The notes beneath the pieces were generated by a model. That model had not been told where the DNA came from, made no database searches, and saw only the letters and a program-made list of their open reading frames with translations. Shown one piece after another: positions 47,911 to 56,996 of a stretch of 64,000 nt of DNA (position 1 is its first letter; each line of letters begins with the position of its first letter). The position numbers were made by a program, and so were the translations under genes. The DNA lies in assembly GCA_027459745.1 (NCBI GenBank), contig DAIDHL010000001.1, positions 13,828 through 77,827 on the forward strand, in the 5' to 3' direction. This DNA comes from Candidatus Levyibacteriota bacterium (GTDB taxonomy: Bacteria > Patescibacteriota > Microgenomatia > Levybacterales > UBA12049).

Positions 47911-48071
47911 TATCTTAAGTATATTAATTTGAGTTTCGAAGTACAGATTTCGAAAGTATTTAAAAATTATAAACGCAAAAAATACCGCCCAGACTCTTTA
48001 ATTTATCCCGATTTTGGCTCGTGGATTTTGTTATTTGAGTTTGTATGATGCTTAGATTTTTAGACTTTTTA

Positions 48072-48080
48072 TGATATGAT
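48072..48080 (+). promoter_or_regulatory. Extended -10 promoter, leaderless, for glyQS
   Basis: TGATATGAT, with the ATG at 48087 6 nt downstream. Confidence 0.55.
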
Positions 48081-48086
48081 AGACGT

Positions 48087-49397
48087 ATGGCAGAGAATCT
48101 AATGGAAAAATTAGTTGCATTGTGTAAACGTCGGGGATTTATTTATCCTGGTTCTGAGATATATGGTGGTTTAGGTGGAACTTGGGATTATGGACCAGTT
48201 GGAAGTTTACTTAAAAAAAATCTGAAAGATTTGTGGTGGAAAGAAATGGTTCAATTGCGTAACGATATTGTTGGCGTTGATGCAGCTATTATGATGAATC
48301 CGAAAGCATGGGAAGCATCAGGGCATGTAGAAGCTTTTACGGATCCACTTGTAGAATGCAAAATTTGTCACCAAAGATTTCGCGCAGATAAACCTGAAGA
48401 AATTGCACTTCATGAAAAGTCTCATAAAGACGTCAGGATTGAATGGACAGAGCCACAACAGTTTAATCTCCTTGTTAAATCTTATTTGGGAGTTTTGGAA
48501 GGCAAGCAGTCAGAAATTTTTTTACGTGGAGAAATTACTAACGGAGTGCATGTTAATTTCCGCAATGTAGTTGACTCTACACGCGTCAAAATTCCATTCG
48601 GGATTGCCCAAATAGGAAAGGCATTTCGTAATGAAATTACGCCAGGTAATTTTACATTTCGCTCTCGTGAATTTGAACAGATGGAAGTGCAATTTTATAT
48701 TAAACCTGAACAGAACGAAGGTAAGAAATGGTTTGAATATTGGAAAAAGAATAGGATGGATTTTTATCTTTCTTTAGGAATGGCTAAAGAAAACTTACGT
48801 TTTAGGGACCATGCAGATAATGAGCGGGCACATTATGCAAAGGCTGCGACAGATATTGAATATAAGGCTCCATTTGGCTGGTCCGAGTTCATGGGGATTC
48901 ATCATAGAGGAGACTGGGACCTTAGTCGTCATCAAAAATATTCTGGAAAAGATATGACATACAAAGATCCCGTAAGTGGAGAGTCATATATTCCCTGGGA
49001 TATTGAAACTTCTGCAGGGGTTGACCGCTCAATTTTATTTTTATTATTAGATGCATATACAGAAGAAGAAAAACGTATTGTGATGAAATTGAGTCCGAAA
49101 ATCGCGCCCTATAAAGTAGCGGTATTTCCTTTATTAGCTAACAAAGAAGAACTGGTTGGAAAGGCCAGAGAAATTTATGAAAGCTTGCGCAAAAACTTTA
49201 TGACTGCTTGGGATGACCGTGGAAATATTGGGAAGAGATACTTGGCACAGGATGAAATAGGAACACCCTGGTGTGTGACAGTTGATTTCCAAACATTAGA
49301 AGATGGAATGGTGACAGTGCGTGATCGAGATACTGCACAACAGACTAGAGTAAAAATTGGAGAGCTTAAGGATTACTTTGTTTCTCATTTAATCTAG
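48087..49397 (+). CDS. glyQS: Glycine--tRNA ligase, homodimeric alpha2 type
   Basis: CKRRGFIYPGSEIYGG, QIGKAFRNEITP, REFEQME, IGKRY..QDEIGTP. Confidence 0.95.
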   Translation: MAENLMEKLVALCKRRGFIYPGSEIYGGLGGTWDYGPVGSLLKKNLKDLWWKEMVQLRNDIVGVDAAIMMNPKAWEASGHVEAFTDPLVECKICHQRFRADKPEEIALHEKSHKDVRIEWTEPQQFNLLVKSYLGVLEGKQSEIFLRGEITNGVHVNFRNVVDSTRVKIPFGIAQIGKAFRNEITPGNFTFRSREFEQMEVQFYIKPEQNEGKKWFEYWKKNRMDFYLSLGMAKENLRFRDHADNERAHYAKAATDIEYKAPFGWSEFMGIHHRGDWDLSRHQKYSGKDMTYKDPVSGESYIPWDIETSAGVDRSILFLLLDAYTEEEKRIVMKLSPKIAPYKVAVFPLLANKEELVGKAREIYESLRKNFMTAWDDRGNIGKRYLAQDEIGTPWCVTVDFQTLEDGMVTVRDRDTAQQTRVKIGELKDYFVSHLI

Positions 49398-49404
49398 TAC
49401 TTCA

Positions 49405-51264
49405 TTATTGAAGAGCAAATCCTTTTAACTGTCGTATTCTATCTCTTCGTCGCTTTAATAAGCTTTTCTCAGAAAGTCCTTTTACTTTTAAGAAAGCATA
49501 TCCAAGAGCATCATGTATGGCCTTTGCAGTTATGTAAGGATTTTTATCTTCAGGAATAACTTCATCAATAAGCCCGAGGTCTTTTTGATCGGCTGCTGTC
49601 GCCCTCATATTATTTATTGTAAGTTTAATGTCTTCAACTGTAGGGTTTGCTTCATTATTAAGAATGGCAGTTGCCGAACGTGGTTCTGCCACAAAAGCCA
49701 TGCTTTTTCCCGTCATAGCTACATGATCTCCAAGTGGTGTGGTGGCCAGTCCGCCACCACTTCCGAGTGCGCCTATCACCACAGAAATAACTGGATGTGG
49801 GTAAGTTATTCCTGCTTGGATTGACTTGGCTATTTCTCTTGACTGACCGTTCTTTTCTGCTTCCAGAGTAGGCTTTGCTCCGAGGGTATCTGTAAAAAAT
49901 ACTACTGGTAAGTGCAATCGCTCACCCATAGCTAACATCCTTTGCATATATTCAAAATCAGCGGGACCCGGGCTTGACGGGATTTTATTTACTTTATCTC
50001 CGACTTGAATATAACTTGGCTGATTACCAATTGCTAAGAAAGGCTGCTCACCAATTTTGCCTAGTCCAGCAATAATTGCAGGATAGTTTATATTTCCTTG
50101 GTCTTGAAAGCTATTGTATAAAGGCAAAAAGTCACTAAAAGAATGGGACATAAAAAATTCAGAGTCTGGTCGATTTGCATTCTTAATTAATGATTCATAT
50201 TGTTTATATAATCTATCCTCAGTAGATTCTTGTGTTGATGGTAAATCTTTTCCCCATAGTGTACTCGCCTCACTGGGTTGTCGATTTACATTGGAAAATT
50301 GGGATGTATTAGCTCCTTGTACATCTTTATACGAAATACCAGGTTGTACTTGGAAATTAGCTATCATTTCAGGAGTAATAACTCTATGATCTCGTTTTGT
50401 TAGTCTTAAATAATGATGAAGAAACTTTAATAAATCATGTTGATCATCAACTAAAAGGTCAACATTCCTTTGTATAAGATTAATCTCTGCACTTTGTTCG
50501 CCTTTAAGAACTGGCTTTTTCGTATATGTTTCAATAACTCTAGGTCCGGAAAAACCGTAGTCAGTTCCTCGAAATGCTACGACGAGATCTGCCAAAGGAA
50601 CACCACTTGCAGATACACCACCCCATACTTGCCCATTCAGAACTGCTACTGATGGTTGATCTGTGAGTCTCTTATGTGATTCTATGGCTTGTACCATTCG
50701 GGTCATCTGAATAAGGCCTGCGAAATTTTCTTGTTGACGCACTCCTGCTGATGAATATATTGAAACAAGTGGTAAATTTCTACTTATAGCCAGGTCTGAT
50801 GCAGCTTGAAGTTTTTCGCCGGCAACAACACCTAAAGAACCTGCAAAAAAATCCCAGTGCATACTATAAAGGGCTATACTTTGCTCGCCTATTTTCGCAG
50901 TTCCCACAGCTGCTGCTTCATTTTTTCCCTTCGCTGCTTCCTTTGCTAGTTTATCAGTATATGTTTCAAATCCGCCGCTAGTCAGGCGACGAAGAAGGCC
51001 TATTCTATCTTCTCCAATTTGCCATCCTTTATGTCTTTCTCTGAATCGCAGTCTTACTTTCATACCTGCAGCAGTCTGTGCTGCATCAACTTTTGGGCGT
51101 AATGTCATAATACGACTCAGAGGAGTTGCCACTTCTTTAAAAGGAGGAAGTGCCTCTACTAATCCTGCAACATCACCTTGATCTGCATAATATTCTGAGG
51201 GTTCTTGAGGGATATGGCGATTTTTAAATAATTTAGCTTGGCTTGGAATTTCAGCTGATGACAT
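49405..51264 (-). CDS. Fused acetyl-CoA carboxylase carboxyltransferase beta+alpha (AccD-AccA-like)
   Basis: Beta part: FFAGSLGVVAGEK, SAGVRQQE, GGVSAS, FSGPRVIE. Alpha part: DTLGA, EAEKNGQS, GALGSGGGLA, GLIDEVIPE. Start at 51264 is supported by TGCTAGAAT 7 nt upstream. Confidence 0.82.
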   Translation of the reverse strand: MSSAEIPSQAKLFKNRHIPQEPSEYYADQGDVAGLVEALPPFKEVATPLSRIMTLRPKVDAAQTAAGMKVRLRFRERHKGWQIGEDRIGLLRRLTSGGFETYTDKLAKEAAKGKNEAAAVGTAKIGEQSIALYSMHWDFFAGSLGVVAGEKLQAASDLAISRNLPLVSIYSSAGVRQQENFAGLIQMTRMVQAIESHKRLTDQPSVAVLNGQVWGGVSASGVPLADLVVAFRGTDYGFSGPRVIETYTKKPVLKGEQSAEINLIQRNVDLLVDDQHDLLKFLHHYLRLTKRDHRVITPEMIANFQVQPGISYKDVQGANTSQFSNVNRQPSEASTLWGKDLPSTQESTEDRLYKQYESLIKNANRPDSEFFMSHSFSDFLPLYNSFQDQGNINYPAIIAGLGKIGEQPFLAIGNQPSYIQVGDKVNKIPSSPGPADFEYMQRMLAMGERLHLPVVFFTDTLGAKPTLEAEKNGQSREIAKSIQAGITYPHPVISVVIGALGSGGGLATTPLGDHVAMTGKSMAFVAEPRSATAILNNEANPTVEDIKLTINNMRATAADQKDLGLIDEVIPEDKNPYITAKAIHDALGYAFLKVKGLSEKSLLKRRRDRIRQLKGFALQ

Positions 51265-51316
51265 AGTGCGTATTCTAGCAAAGCAAGAATGGTTGTGCAA
51301 TTTAAATTAGTCTTAG

Positions 51317-51344
51317 TTGACAAAAGCTGTACGGCTGGTAAAAT
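51317..51344 (+). promoter_or_regulatory. Sigma70-type promoter
   Basis: TTGACA(51317-51322)-16 nt-TAAAAT(51339-51344) with an extended TG. Confidence 0.65.
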
Positions 51345-51356
51345 TGATATAAATAC

Positions 51357-51890
51357 ATGAAATATTTGCAAAATACTAAAATTTTAATAGGTGCCATAGC
51401 AGTATTAGTAATTTTAATTGTGGGTGGTGCAGCCTGGTTTTTCTTTAATAATAAAGGATTAACTAATCAAGCAGATCAAGGACAGGCAAATTCTCAGAGT
51501 GGAGGTCAATCCCAAACTATTGGATCCTTGTCCCCATCTGATATAGGATTGCAGATGGTATTAAGAAGTGACAGCAAAGCAATCAAGTTTACAGCTAATA
51601 AACTACAAGGGGTAAAGTCTCTAGAATGGAATTTTACCTATCAAGCCGATATACCTCAGAGTGATCAGAATCAGTACAATCAGGGGCAGAAAGTGACCCA
51701 GGAATTTGGTAGTGACAGTCCCGTGATATTGAATGGCAAGACATCTTACGAATCGCAGTTCCGTGAATTGGGGACGTGTTCGAGTGGTGTATGTAGATAT
51801 GATACCGGAGTGACTTCAGTACAACTACAAATGAAGGTCACTAAATTAGATGGGTCAATTTACAAAGTGGACGACTCAATTAACCTCTAA
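51357..51890 (+). CDS. Membrane-anchored hypothetical protein with LGTCSSGVCRYD motif
   Basis: N-terminal TM, Gln/Ser linker, C-terminal CSSGVC motif; own promoter. Confidence 0.75.
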   Translation: MKYLQNTKILIGAIAVLVILIVGGAAWFFFNNKGLTNQADQGQANSQSGGQSQTIGSLSPSDIGLQMVLRSDSKAIKFTANKLQGVKSLEWNFTYQADIPQSDQNQYNQGQKVTQEFGSDSPVILNGKTSYESQFRELGTCSSGVCRYDTGVTSVQLQMKVTKLDGSIYKVDDSINL

Positions 51891-52110
51891 ACTTCAAATA
51901 TATCTGGATAGAAAAGCCTTCATTAGCTATTAAATTGGTATAGACCGTTATTTTTAGGCATGCTAAGAATAAATTAAAGACACTTCTGTTATCCAAGTTT
52001 CAATTAATAAGAAAAGTTTCTGATGTTGATAGAAGTATTTCTTCTATTTATTTTCGTCTATTTTTGTATTGACTTTTCACAGAAATAAGCGCAAAATAAA
52101 TAATTAGTAC

Positions 52111-52130
52111 AAAGTAGGAAAAAGTAGGAA
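52111..52130 (+). promoter_or_regulatory. Probable MraZ operator, AAAGTAGGAA x2
   Basis: Perfect 10-bp direct repeat 5 nt upstream of the mraZ ATG. MraZ is known to bind 10-bp-periodic boxes upstream of its own gene. Confidence 0.65.
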
Positions 52131-52135
52131 AAAAT

Positions 52136-52573
52136 ATGTTGCTGGGACAGTACGAAGGAACGTTAACGAACAAACAACAAATCAGTCTGCCCAGTAAATT
52201 TAGACAGATTCTTGGTGAGAGAATTATCATCACTAAAGGGTTTGAGCATTGTTTAATTGTAGTTTCAGAAGGAATGTGGAAGACATTATTGGAGGGGACT
52301 GAGGGAAAACCATTTACAGATAAACCGGCAAGAGAAATACAAAGGTTTTTACTAGGAAACGCTACATTCGTAGAACTGGACAGTAAAGGTAGATGTGTGC
52401 TGCCTGCATACCTACGTGAATATGCCCAGATTATGAATGAAATTGTTTTTGCAGGTCTCTCCCGCTTTGTGGAGATTTGGGATAAAAAGGCCTGGAAAGA
52501 ACAACAAAGTAGTTTAAGTGAAAATGCAGTCAGTATTGCAGAACGCCTGTCCAGAGAGGAAAAAGATGAGTAA
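52136..52573 (+). CDS. mraZ: Transcriptional regulator MraZ
   Basis: LPSKFR, KGFEHCL, LDSKGR..LP..LREYA, EIWD. Confidence 0.93.
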   Translation: MLLGQYEGTLTNKQQISLPSKFRQILGERIIITKGFEHCLIVVSEGMWKTLLEGTEGKPFTDKPAREIQRFLLGNATFVELDSKGRCVLPAYLREYAQIMNEIVFAGLSRFVEIWDKKAWKEQQSSLSENAVSIAERLSREEKDE

Positions 52574-53492
52574 TTATCATACTAGCGTTTTGCCTGAGGA
52601 AACGATTGGATATTTAAACATAAAAAGAGGTGAAAAATATATTGATGCTACGCTAGGTGGAGGAGGACATACAACTCAAATTCTAGAGCAGGGTGGGAAA
52701 GTTTTAGGAATTGATGTCGACCAAGAAGCGTTGGACGAGGTTGAAAAAAGAATTAAAGATCAAAAGTTTTTAGTTCATGTATCAAGTGAAAAGGAACAGG
52801 CAAACATAAGATTGGATGCAGATTTAATTTTAGTTAAGGGAAATTTTAGAGATATAAGAAAAATTGCAAAAAAATATGGTTTTGAAAACGTTGCAGGCAT
52901 TATTTTTGATCTTGGTGTTTCAAGTCATCAGATTGATGACGCAAATAGAGGATTCAGTTTTAGTAAAGAAGGACCGTTAGACATGCGGATGGATAATAAT
53001 TTGTCTGTTACAGCCAAAGATTTGGTAAATGGATTACATAGGAATGAGTTGATTGAGATATTCAAACGGTTTGGGGAAGAAAATTTTGCGCACGGCATTG
53101 CAACAGAGATTGTTAAAACAAGAAAAGAGAAACCGATTGAAACAACTAAACAACTGACTGAAATTATTGAAAGAGTAATGCCAGCCAAGTTAAATAGAAT
53201 GGCGGCGGCGGCTAGAATATTTCAGTCTTTAAGGATAGTAGTAAATGATGAGCTACATGCCATTGAAGATGCGTTGCCTGAAGCTTGTAGTTTGTTGCAA
53301 ACAAGAGGAAAATTAATTGTTATTTCTTTTCATTCCTTGGAGGATAGAATAGTAAAGCATTTGTTCGTAAAATTCGAACAACAAGGAATGGGAAAAGCAT
53401 TGACACACCAACCAGTGTTGGCGACAGAAAAAGAAATAGCAATGAATGTTAGAAGTAGAAGCGCTAAATTAAGAGTGTTTGAAAAAATATAA
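52566..53492 (+). CDS. rsmH: 16S rRNA m4C1402 methyltransferase
   Basis: HTSVL, DATLGGGGH, DLGVSSHQ, PLDMRM, SFHSLEDR, RSRSAKLR; start at 52566. Confidence 0.95.
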   Translation: MSNYHTSVLPEETIGYLNIKRGEKYIDATLGGGGHTTQILEQGGKVLGIDVDQEALDEVEKRIKDQKFLVHVSSEKEQANIRLDADLILVKGNFRDIRKIAKKYGFENVAGIIFDLGVSSHQIDDANRGFSFSKEGPLDMRMDNNLSVTAKDLVNGLHRNELIEIFKRFGEENFAHGIATEIVKTRKEKPIETTKQLTEIIERVMPAKLNRMAAAARIFQSLRIVVNDELHAIEDALPEACSLLQTRGKLIVISFHSLEDRIVKHLFVKFEQQGMGKALTHQPVLATEKEIAMNVRSRSAKLRVFEKI

Positions 53493-53495
53493 AAT

Positions 53496-53786
53496 ATGAA
53501 ACTGCCTATTATTACTTTATCTATATTATTAATATTAGTTGTATCATTACTGATAGTTAATTTAACTGTTTCTAATATGATGTCTACGGGTGGCATAAGT
53601 TTAGATAACTTGCAGACTCAACTTGTCAACCTGCAACAGGAAGATACTAACCTGGAACAAAAAGTACTGGCTCTTTCATCATATACACATATTGCCTCAG
53701 CGGCTGCTACAATGGGATTTGCAGCGGATAAAAATACAGTTGCGTTTTCTACGCAGAATTCCATGCCGCTTGCCTATCAACAATGA
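53496..53786 (+). CDS. ftsL: FtsL-like cell division protein
   Basis: TM plus coiled-coil, positioned between rsmH and the PBP. Confidence 0.65.
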   Translation: MKLPIITLSILLILVVSLLIVNLTVSNMMSTGGISLDNLQTQLVNLQQEDTNLEQKVLALSSYTHIASAAATMGFAADKNTVAFSTQNSMPLAYQQ

Positions 53787-55471
53787 GTCGCCGTTATCGT
53801 TTGACTTTAATAGCTTTTACGCTACTTTTCTTATTTGTCGCACTGCGTTTGTTTTATTGGCAGATAGTACGAGCCAATGAATTAGTCAACATGGGCAATG
53901 CTCAATATGGTAATTATGTAAAGGTAACTCCTAAAAGAGGTGAGATTGAGGCATCAGATGGTTATCCCATCGCAGCAGATAAAGTTGACTATACCGTCTT
54001 TGCTAACCCAAAACTTATAAGCAATTCTAGTCTGGTCGCAAGTGCATTAAGTCCGATTTTAAATGAAGATCCAGCATCAATAAGTGCATTGTTAAATTTA
54101 AATTTGTTTTGGGTGTCATTGGCTCCGAAAGTAGATAATACCGTTGAAGAGAAAATTAGTAAGTTAAATCTACCAGGAGTCGGATTCGAAGAAAAATATG
54201 GACGATATTACCCAGAGGCTTCCATGGCTGCTAATCTACTGGGTTTTGTAGGTAAAGATGCCAATGGAAATGATAAAGGATATTTTGGGTTAGAAGGTTT
54301 TTATAATCGGCTTTTAGCGGGACAATCTACCTATGAAATGGAAATTCATGATGCATTTGGCAGGCCTATTCTTTCAAAGTTACAAAGCTATACGCCAGAT
54401 CAGGAAGGTAGAACTCTGGTACTGAATGTAGATAGAGCTTTTCAATATGACATGGAAACTGAGTTGAAAAAAGGTTTGGCTTTGTATGGAGGTAAGAGCA
54501 TTATGGCCGCTGCTATTGATCCAAAGACAGGAGGAATTTTGGCTATGGCGCAATATCCAAGCTTTGACCCTGCCAATTATGTAGATTACTCTGACCAGGA
54601 GTACATAAATGGTTTTATTACAGATACTTATGAACCTGGTTCAACTTTTAAACCTCTGGTGATGGCCACGGCCATAGATAAGGGCCTAGTAACGCCATAT
54701 ACTAAATGTACGATCTGTGGAGGACCGGTTTCGATTGGTGGATATCAGATTCACACCTGGAATGACAAATATATTCCCGGTATAAATATGATAGACGTCA
54801 TTCAAAATTCTGATAATACCGGGATGACTTTTGTCAGCGAGAAACTTGGTATGGCAGGTATGGAAGACGTATTAAACAGATTTGGTATGAAAGATATAAC
54901 GGGAATTGATTTGCAAGGTGAAGCTTCGGCAGATATAAAACCGGAGAATCAATGGTATTCGATTGATGTAGCTACTGCGAGTTTTGGACAGGGTATAGCA
55001 GTAACTCCGATCGAGTTATTGACTGGGTTTGCCAGTTTAGCGAATAATGGGATTTTGATGCAGCCAGAAGTTGTGAAACAGATTATTAATCCTGATGGTA
55101 GCGTGGTTAATATTTCTCCAAAAATGGTGAGAAGAACTGTTTCAGTCCAAACGGCTAAGACCATGAATGAAATTTTGGTTAATTCAGTTGACCATGGTGA
55201 GGCGCAATTTTATAGAGTTCATGGGTACAGAATTGCGGGTAAGACAGGGACAGCGCAAATTCCCGTAAATGGTCACTATGATCCAACTAATACAATTGCT
55301 TCATTTATCGGATACGCCCCGGCAGATGATCCTAAATTTGCTATGTTAGTAATTGTTAATAAGCCTACTTTATATGAGTGGGGATCAGAAACAGCTGCGC
55401 CTACCTGGTTTAATATCGCTAAAGATATGCTGACATACTACAATATACCTCCCACTGGAGGGGATAATTAA
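53783..55471 (+). CDS. ftsI: Class B penicillin-binding protein (FtsI-like)
   Basis: RGEI, RYYP, GLE, STFK, SDN, KTGTAQ; dcw position. Confidence 0.88.
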   Translation: MSRRYRLTLIAFTLLFLFVALRLFYWQIVRANELVNMGNAQYGNYVKVTPKRGEIEASDGYPIAADKVDYTVFANPKLISNSSLVASALSPILNEDPASISALLNLNLFWVSLAPKVDNTVEEKISKLNLPGVGFEEKYGRYYPEASMAANLLGFVGKDANGNDKGYFGLEGFYNRLLAGQSTYEMEIHDAFGRPILSKLQSYTPDQEGRTLVLNVDRAFQYDMETELKKGLALYGGKSIMAAAIDPKTGGILAMAQYPSFDPANYVDYSDQEYINGFITDTYEPGSTFKPLVMATAIDKGLVTPYTKCTICGGPVSIGGYQIHTWNDKYIPGINMIDVIQNSDNTGMTFVSEKLGMAGMEDVLNRFGMKDITGIDLQGEASADIKPENQWYSIDVATASFGQGIAVTPIELLTGFASLANNGILMQPEVVKQIINPDGSVVNISPKMVRRTVSVQTAKTMNEILVNSVDHGEAQFYRVHGYRIAGKTGTAQIPVNGHYDPTNTIASFIGYAPADDPKFAMLVIVNKPTLYEWGSETAAPTWFNIAKDMLTYYNIPPTGGDN

Positions 55472-55486
55472 AAAATAGGATTATAA

Positions 55487-55816
55487 TTAGCGAATAGTTG
55501 CACCAGGTTTGGTGTCTTCACTGGGTTTTAGAGGCAATGGTTTTTCTCCTTCAGCTGCAAGTATCATGCCTTCTGAATCTTCGCCCATCATTTTGCGAGG
55601 CTGCAGATTAAGAATAAAAATGAACTGTTTATTCTCCAAATCTTCGGGCATGTACCATTGTTTAATGCCAGACAAAATATTTCGTGTTCCTTCTTCACCA
55701 AAATTAACGGTTAACCTGAGCAATTTCTCAGAATTCTCTTTTTCTTCGGCCTTAATTACTTTCCCGACACGTAAGTCTAATTTGGAAAAATCGTCAATAG
55801 TGATTATTGGTTTCAT
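55487..55816 (-). CDS. Stand-alone tRNA-binding OB-fold protein (Trbp111/CsaA/MetRS C-terminal-like)
   Basis: DDFSKLDLRVG, NLQPRKMMG..SEGMILAA. Confidence 0.88.
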   Translation of the reverse strand: MKPIITIDDFSKLDLRVGKVIKAEEKENSEKLLRLTVNFGEEGTRNILSGIKQWYMPEDLENKQFIFILNLQPRKMMGEDSEGMILAAEGEKPLPLKPSEDTKPGATIR

Positions 55817-55823
55817 AATCAGA

Positions 55824-55832
55824 ATTATACCA
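55824..55832 (-). promoter_or_regulatory. Extended -10 promoter, leaderless
   Basis: Minus strand TGGTATAAT, with the ATG at 55816 7 nt downstream. Confidence 0.6.
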
Positions 55833-55840
55833 TACCATAA

Positions 55841-55898
55841 AAGGGTTAAGGGTTAAGGGTTAAGGGTTAAGGGTTAAGGGTTAAGGGTTAAGGGTTAA
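55841..55898. repeat. Perfect heptamer tandem repeat (AAGGGTT)8 + AA
   Basis: Eight exact copies counted at 55841-55896. Confidence 0.97.
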
Positions 55899-56195
55899 TT
55901 TGTCTCCAAGTTTGATATTCCTTTTTTTTATAAATGTAGGGGGTAATTCTAAAATATTTTTAAATCTGGGAGGCCAAAAAAATAATCTATTGGGTACCAT
56001 ATTTTTTTTTAGTTTCTTTACAATAAAGTTATTATCTAAAACAACTACATCAATAGGATATTGCATGCCAAAAGTGTGTATTCCCCAGCGAGTTTGAAAG
56101 TAGAGGGGTTTGGGATGAGAAGAGTTGAGGAGACCAATTACTTTGTTTATTAGAGTATTCGCATTGGTTACATTAAAAATTGTTACAGTTTTCAT
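55881..56195 (-). CDS. DUF192 family protein
   Basis: GIHTFGMQYPIDVVVLD, ILELP; TATACT 6 nt upstream of the ATG; stop codon lies inside the tandem repeat. Confidence 0.8.
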   Translation of the reverse strand: MKTVTIFNVTNANTLINKVIGLLNSSHPKPLYFQTRWGIHTFGMQYPIDVVVLDNNFIVKKLKKNMVPNRLFFWPPRFKNILELPPTFIKKRNIKLGDKLTLNP

Positions 56196-56325
56196 AAGTA
56201 AAGTATAACGATTATTGTTCGATCGAATTGAGCACTAACCGTCTGGACCTTTCGCCTCTGGCTCGAGAAATATTACAGATCTTTATTACTAAAGTTTAAT
56301 ACTCTATACTAAATAATACTATCAT

Positions 56326-56904
56326 ATGACTGGGCGTACACATGACTTAGCCGCTTTCACTACATTGACTTATATAGTAGCTACTCAACCTGTTCATAGT
56401 ATTTCACTGGCTACAGGTTTAGTTGCTATTACTGCAAATTTAATTGGAGGAATTGCTCCTGATGTAGATCAACCTACCGCTCCTTTTTGGAAAAATTTAC
56501 CGATAGGCGGAGTGCTTGGTCGTATCTTTGATAAATTTTTGGGTGGACATCGTTTTATCTCCCATTCGCTAATTGGAGTGGCAATTTTTGGTTTTATTTT
56601 CCATTACATTTTACAGATTCTTCGCCCCAGCTTTCCTCATTTGGATATGAACTTGATATGGTGGGCATTTGTGGTAGGCTATTTGTCTCATTTAGTCATG
56701 GATACAATTACTAGAGAAGGTGTCCCTTGGTTATTGCCAATTCCCTATAAATTTGGTTTCCCTCCCATTAAAGAATTGCGTGTTCAAACTGGAGGTTTAG
56801 TAGAGCGCTTAGTCGTTTTTCCTCTATTACTGATTGGGTGTGGATATATTTTTTATACACATTATCATCAGTTTTTAATTCTTATGCACCAGATTGGAAA
56901 ATAA
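56326..56904 (+). CDS. YdjM/DUF457-family membrane metal-dependent hydrolase
   Basis: MTGRTH, PDVD, GHRFISHSL, SHLVMD, GVPWLLP. Confidence 0.85.
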   Translation: MTGRTHDLAAFTTLTYIVATQPVHSISLATGLVAITANLIGGIAPDVDQPTAPFWKNLPIGGVLGRIFDKFLGGHRFISHSLIGVAIFGFIFHYILQILRPSFPHLDMNLIWWAFVVGYLSHLVMDTITREGVPWLLPIPYKFGFPPIKELRVQTGGLVERLVVFPLLLIGCGYIFYTHYHQFLILMHQIGK

Positions 56905-56960
56905 TTTATACAAAGAGCTTTTACATATTGCTTACAGCTTAACCTTTATTCCAGGTAAGT

Positions 56961-56989
56961 GTGACATATTATGGCGTTAGCGGTATAAT
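56961..56989 (+). promoter_or_regulatory. Sigma70-type promoter, leaderless, for murE
   Basis: GTGACA(56961-56966)-17 nt-TATAAT(56984-56989); ATG at 56997. Confidence 0.65.
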
Positions 56990-56996
56990 CACAAAT

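Noticed and set aside
47911-48071. T-box riboswitch upstream of glyQS
   Set aside because: No T-box consensus or terminator is visible, and a leaderless promoter lies directly before the ATG.
55841-55898. CRISPR array or true telomere
   Set aside because: The unit is 7 bp with no spacers and no cas genes, and it is internal, flanked by ordinary bacterial genes.
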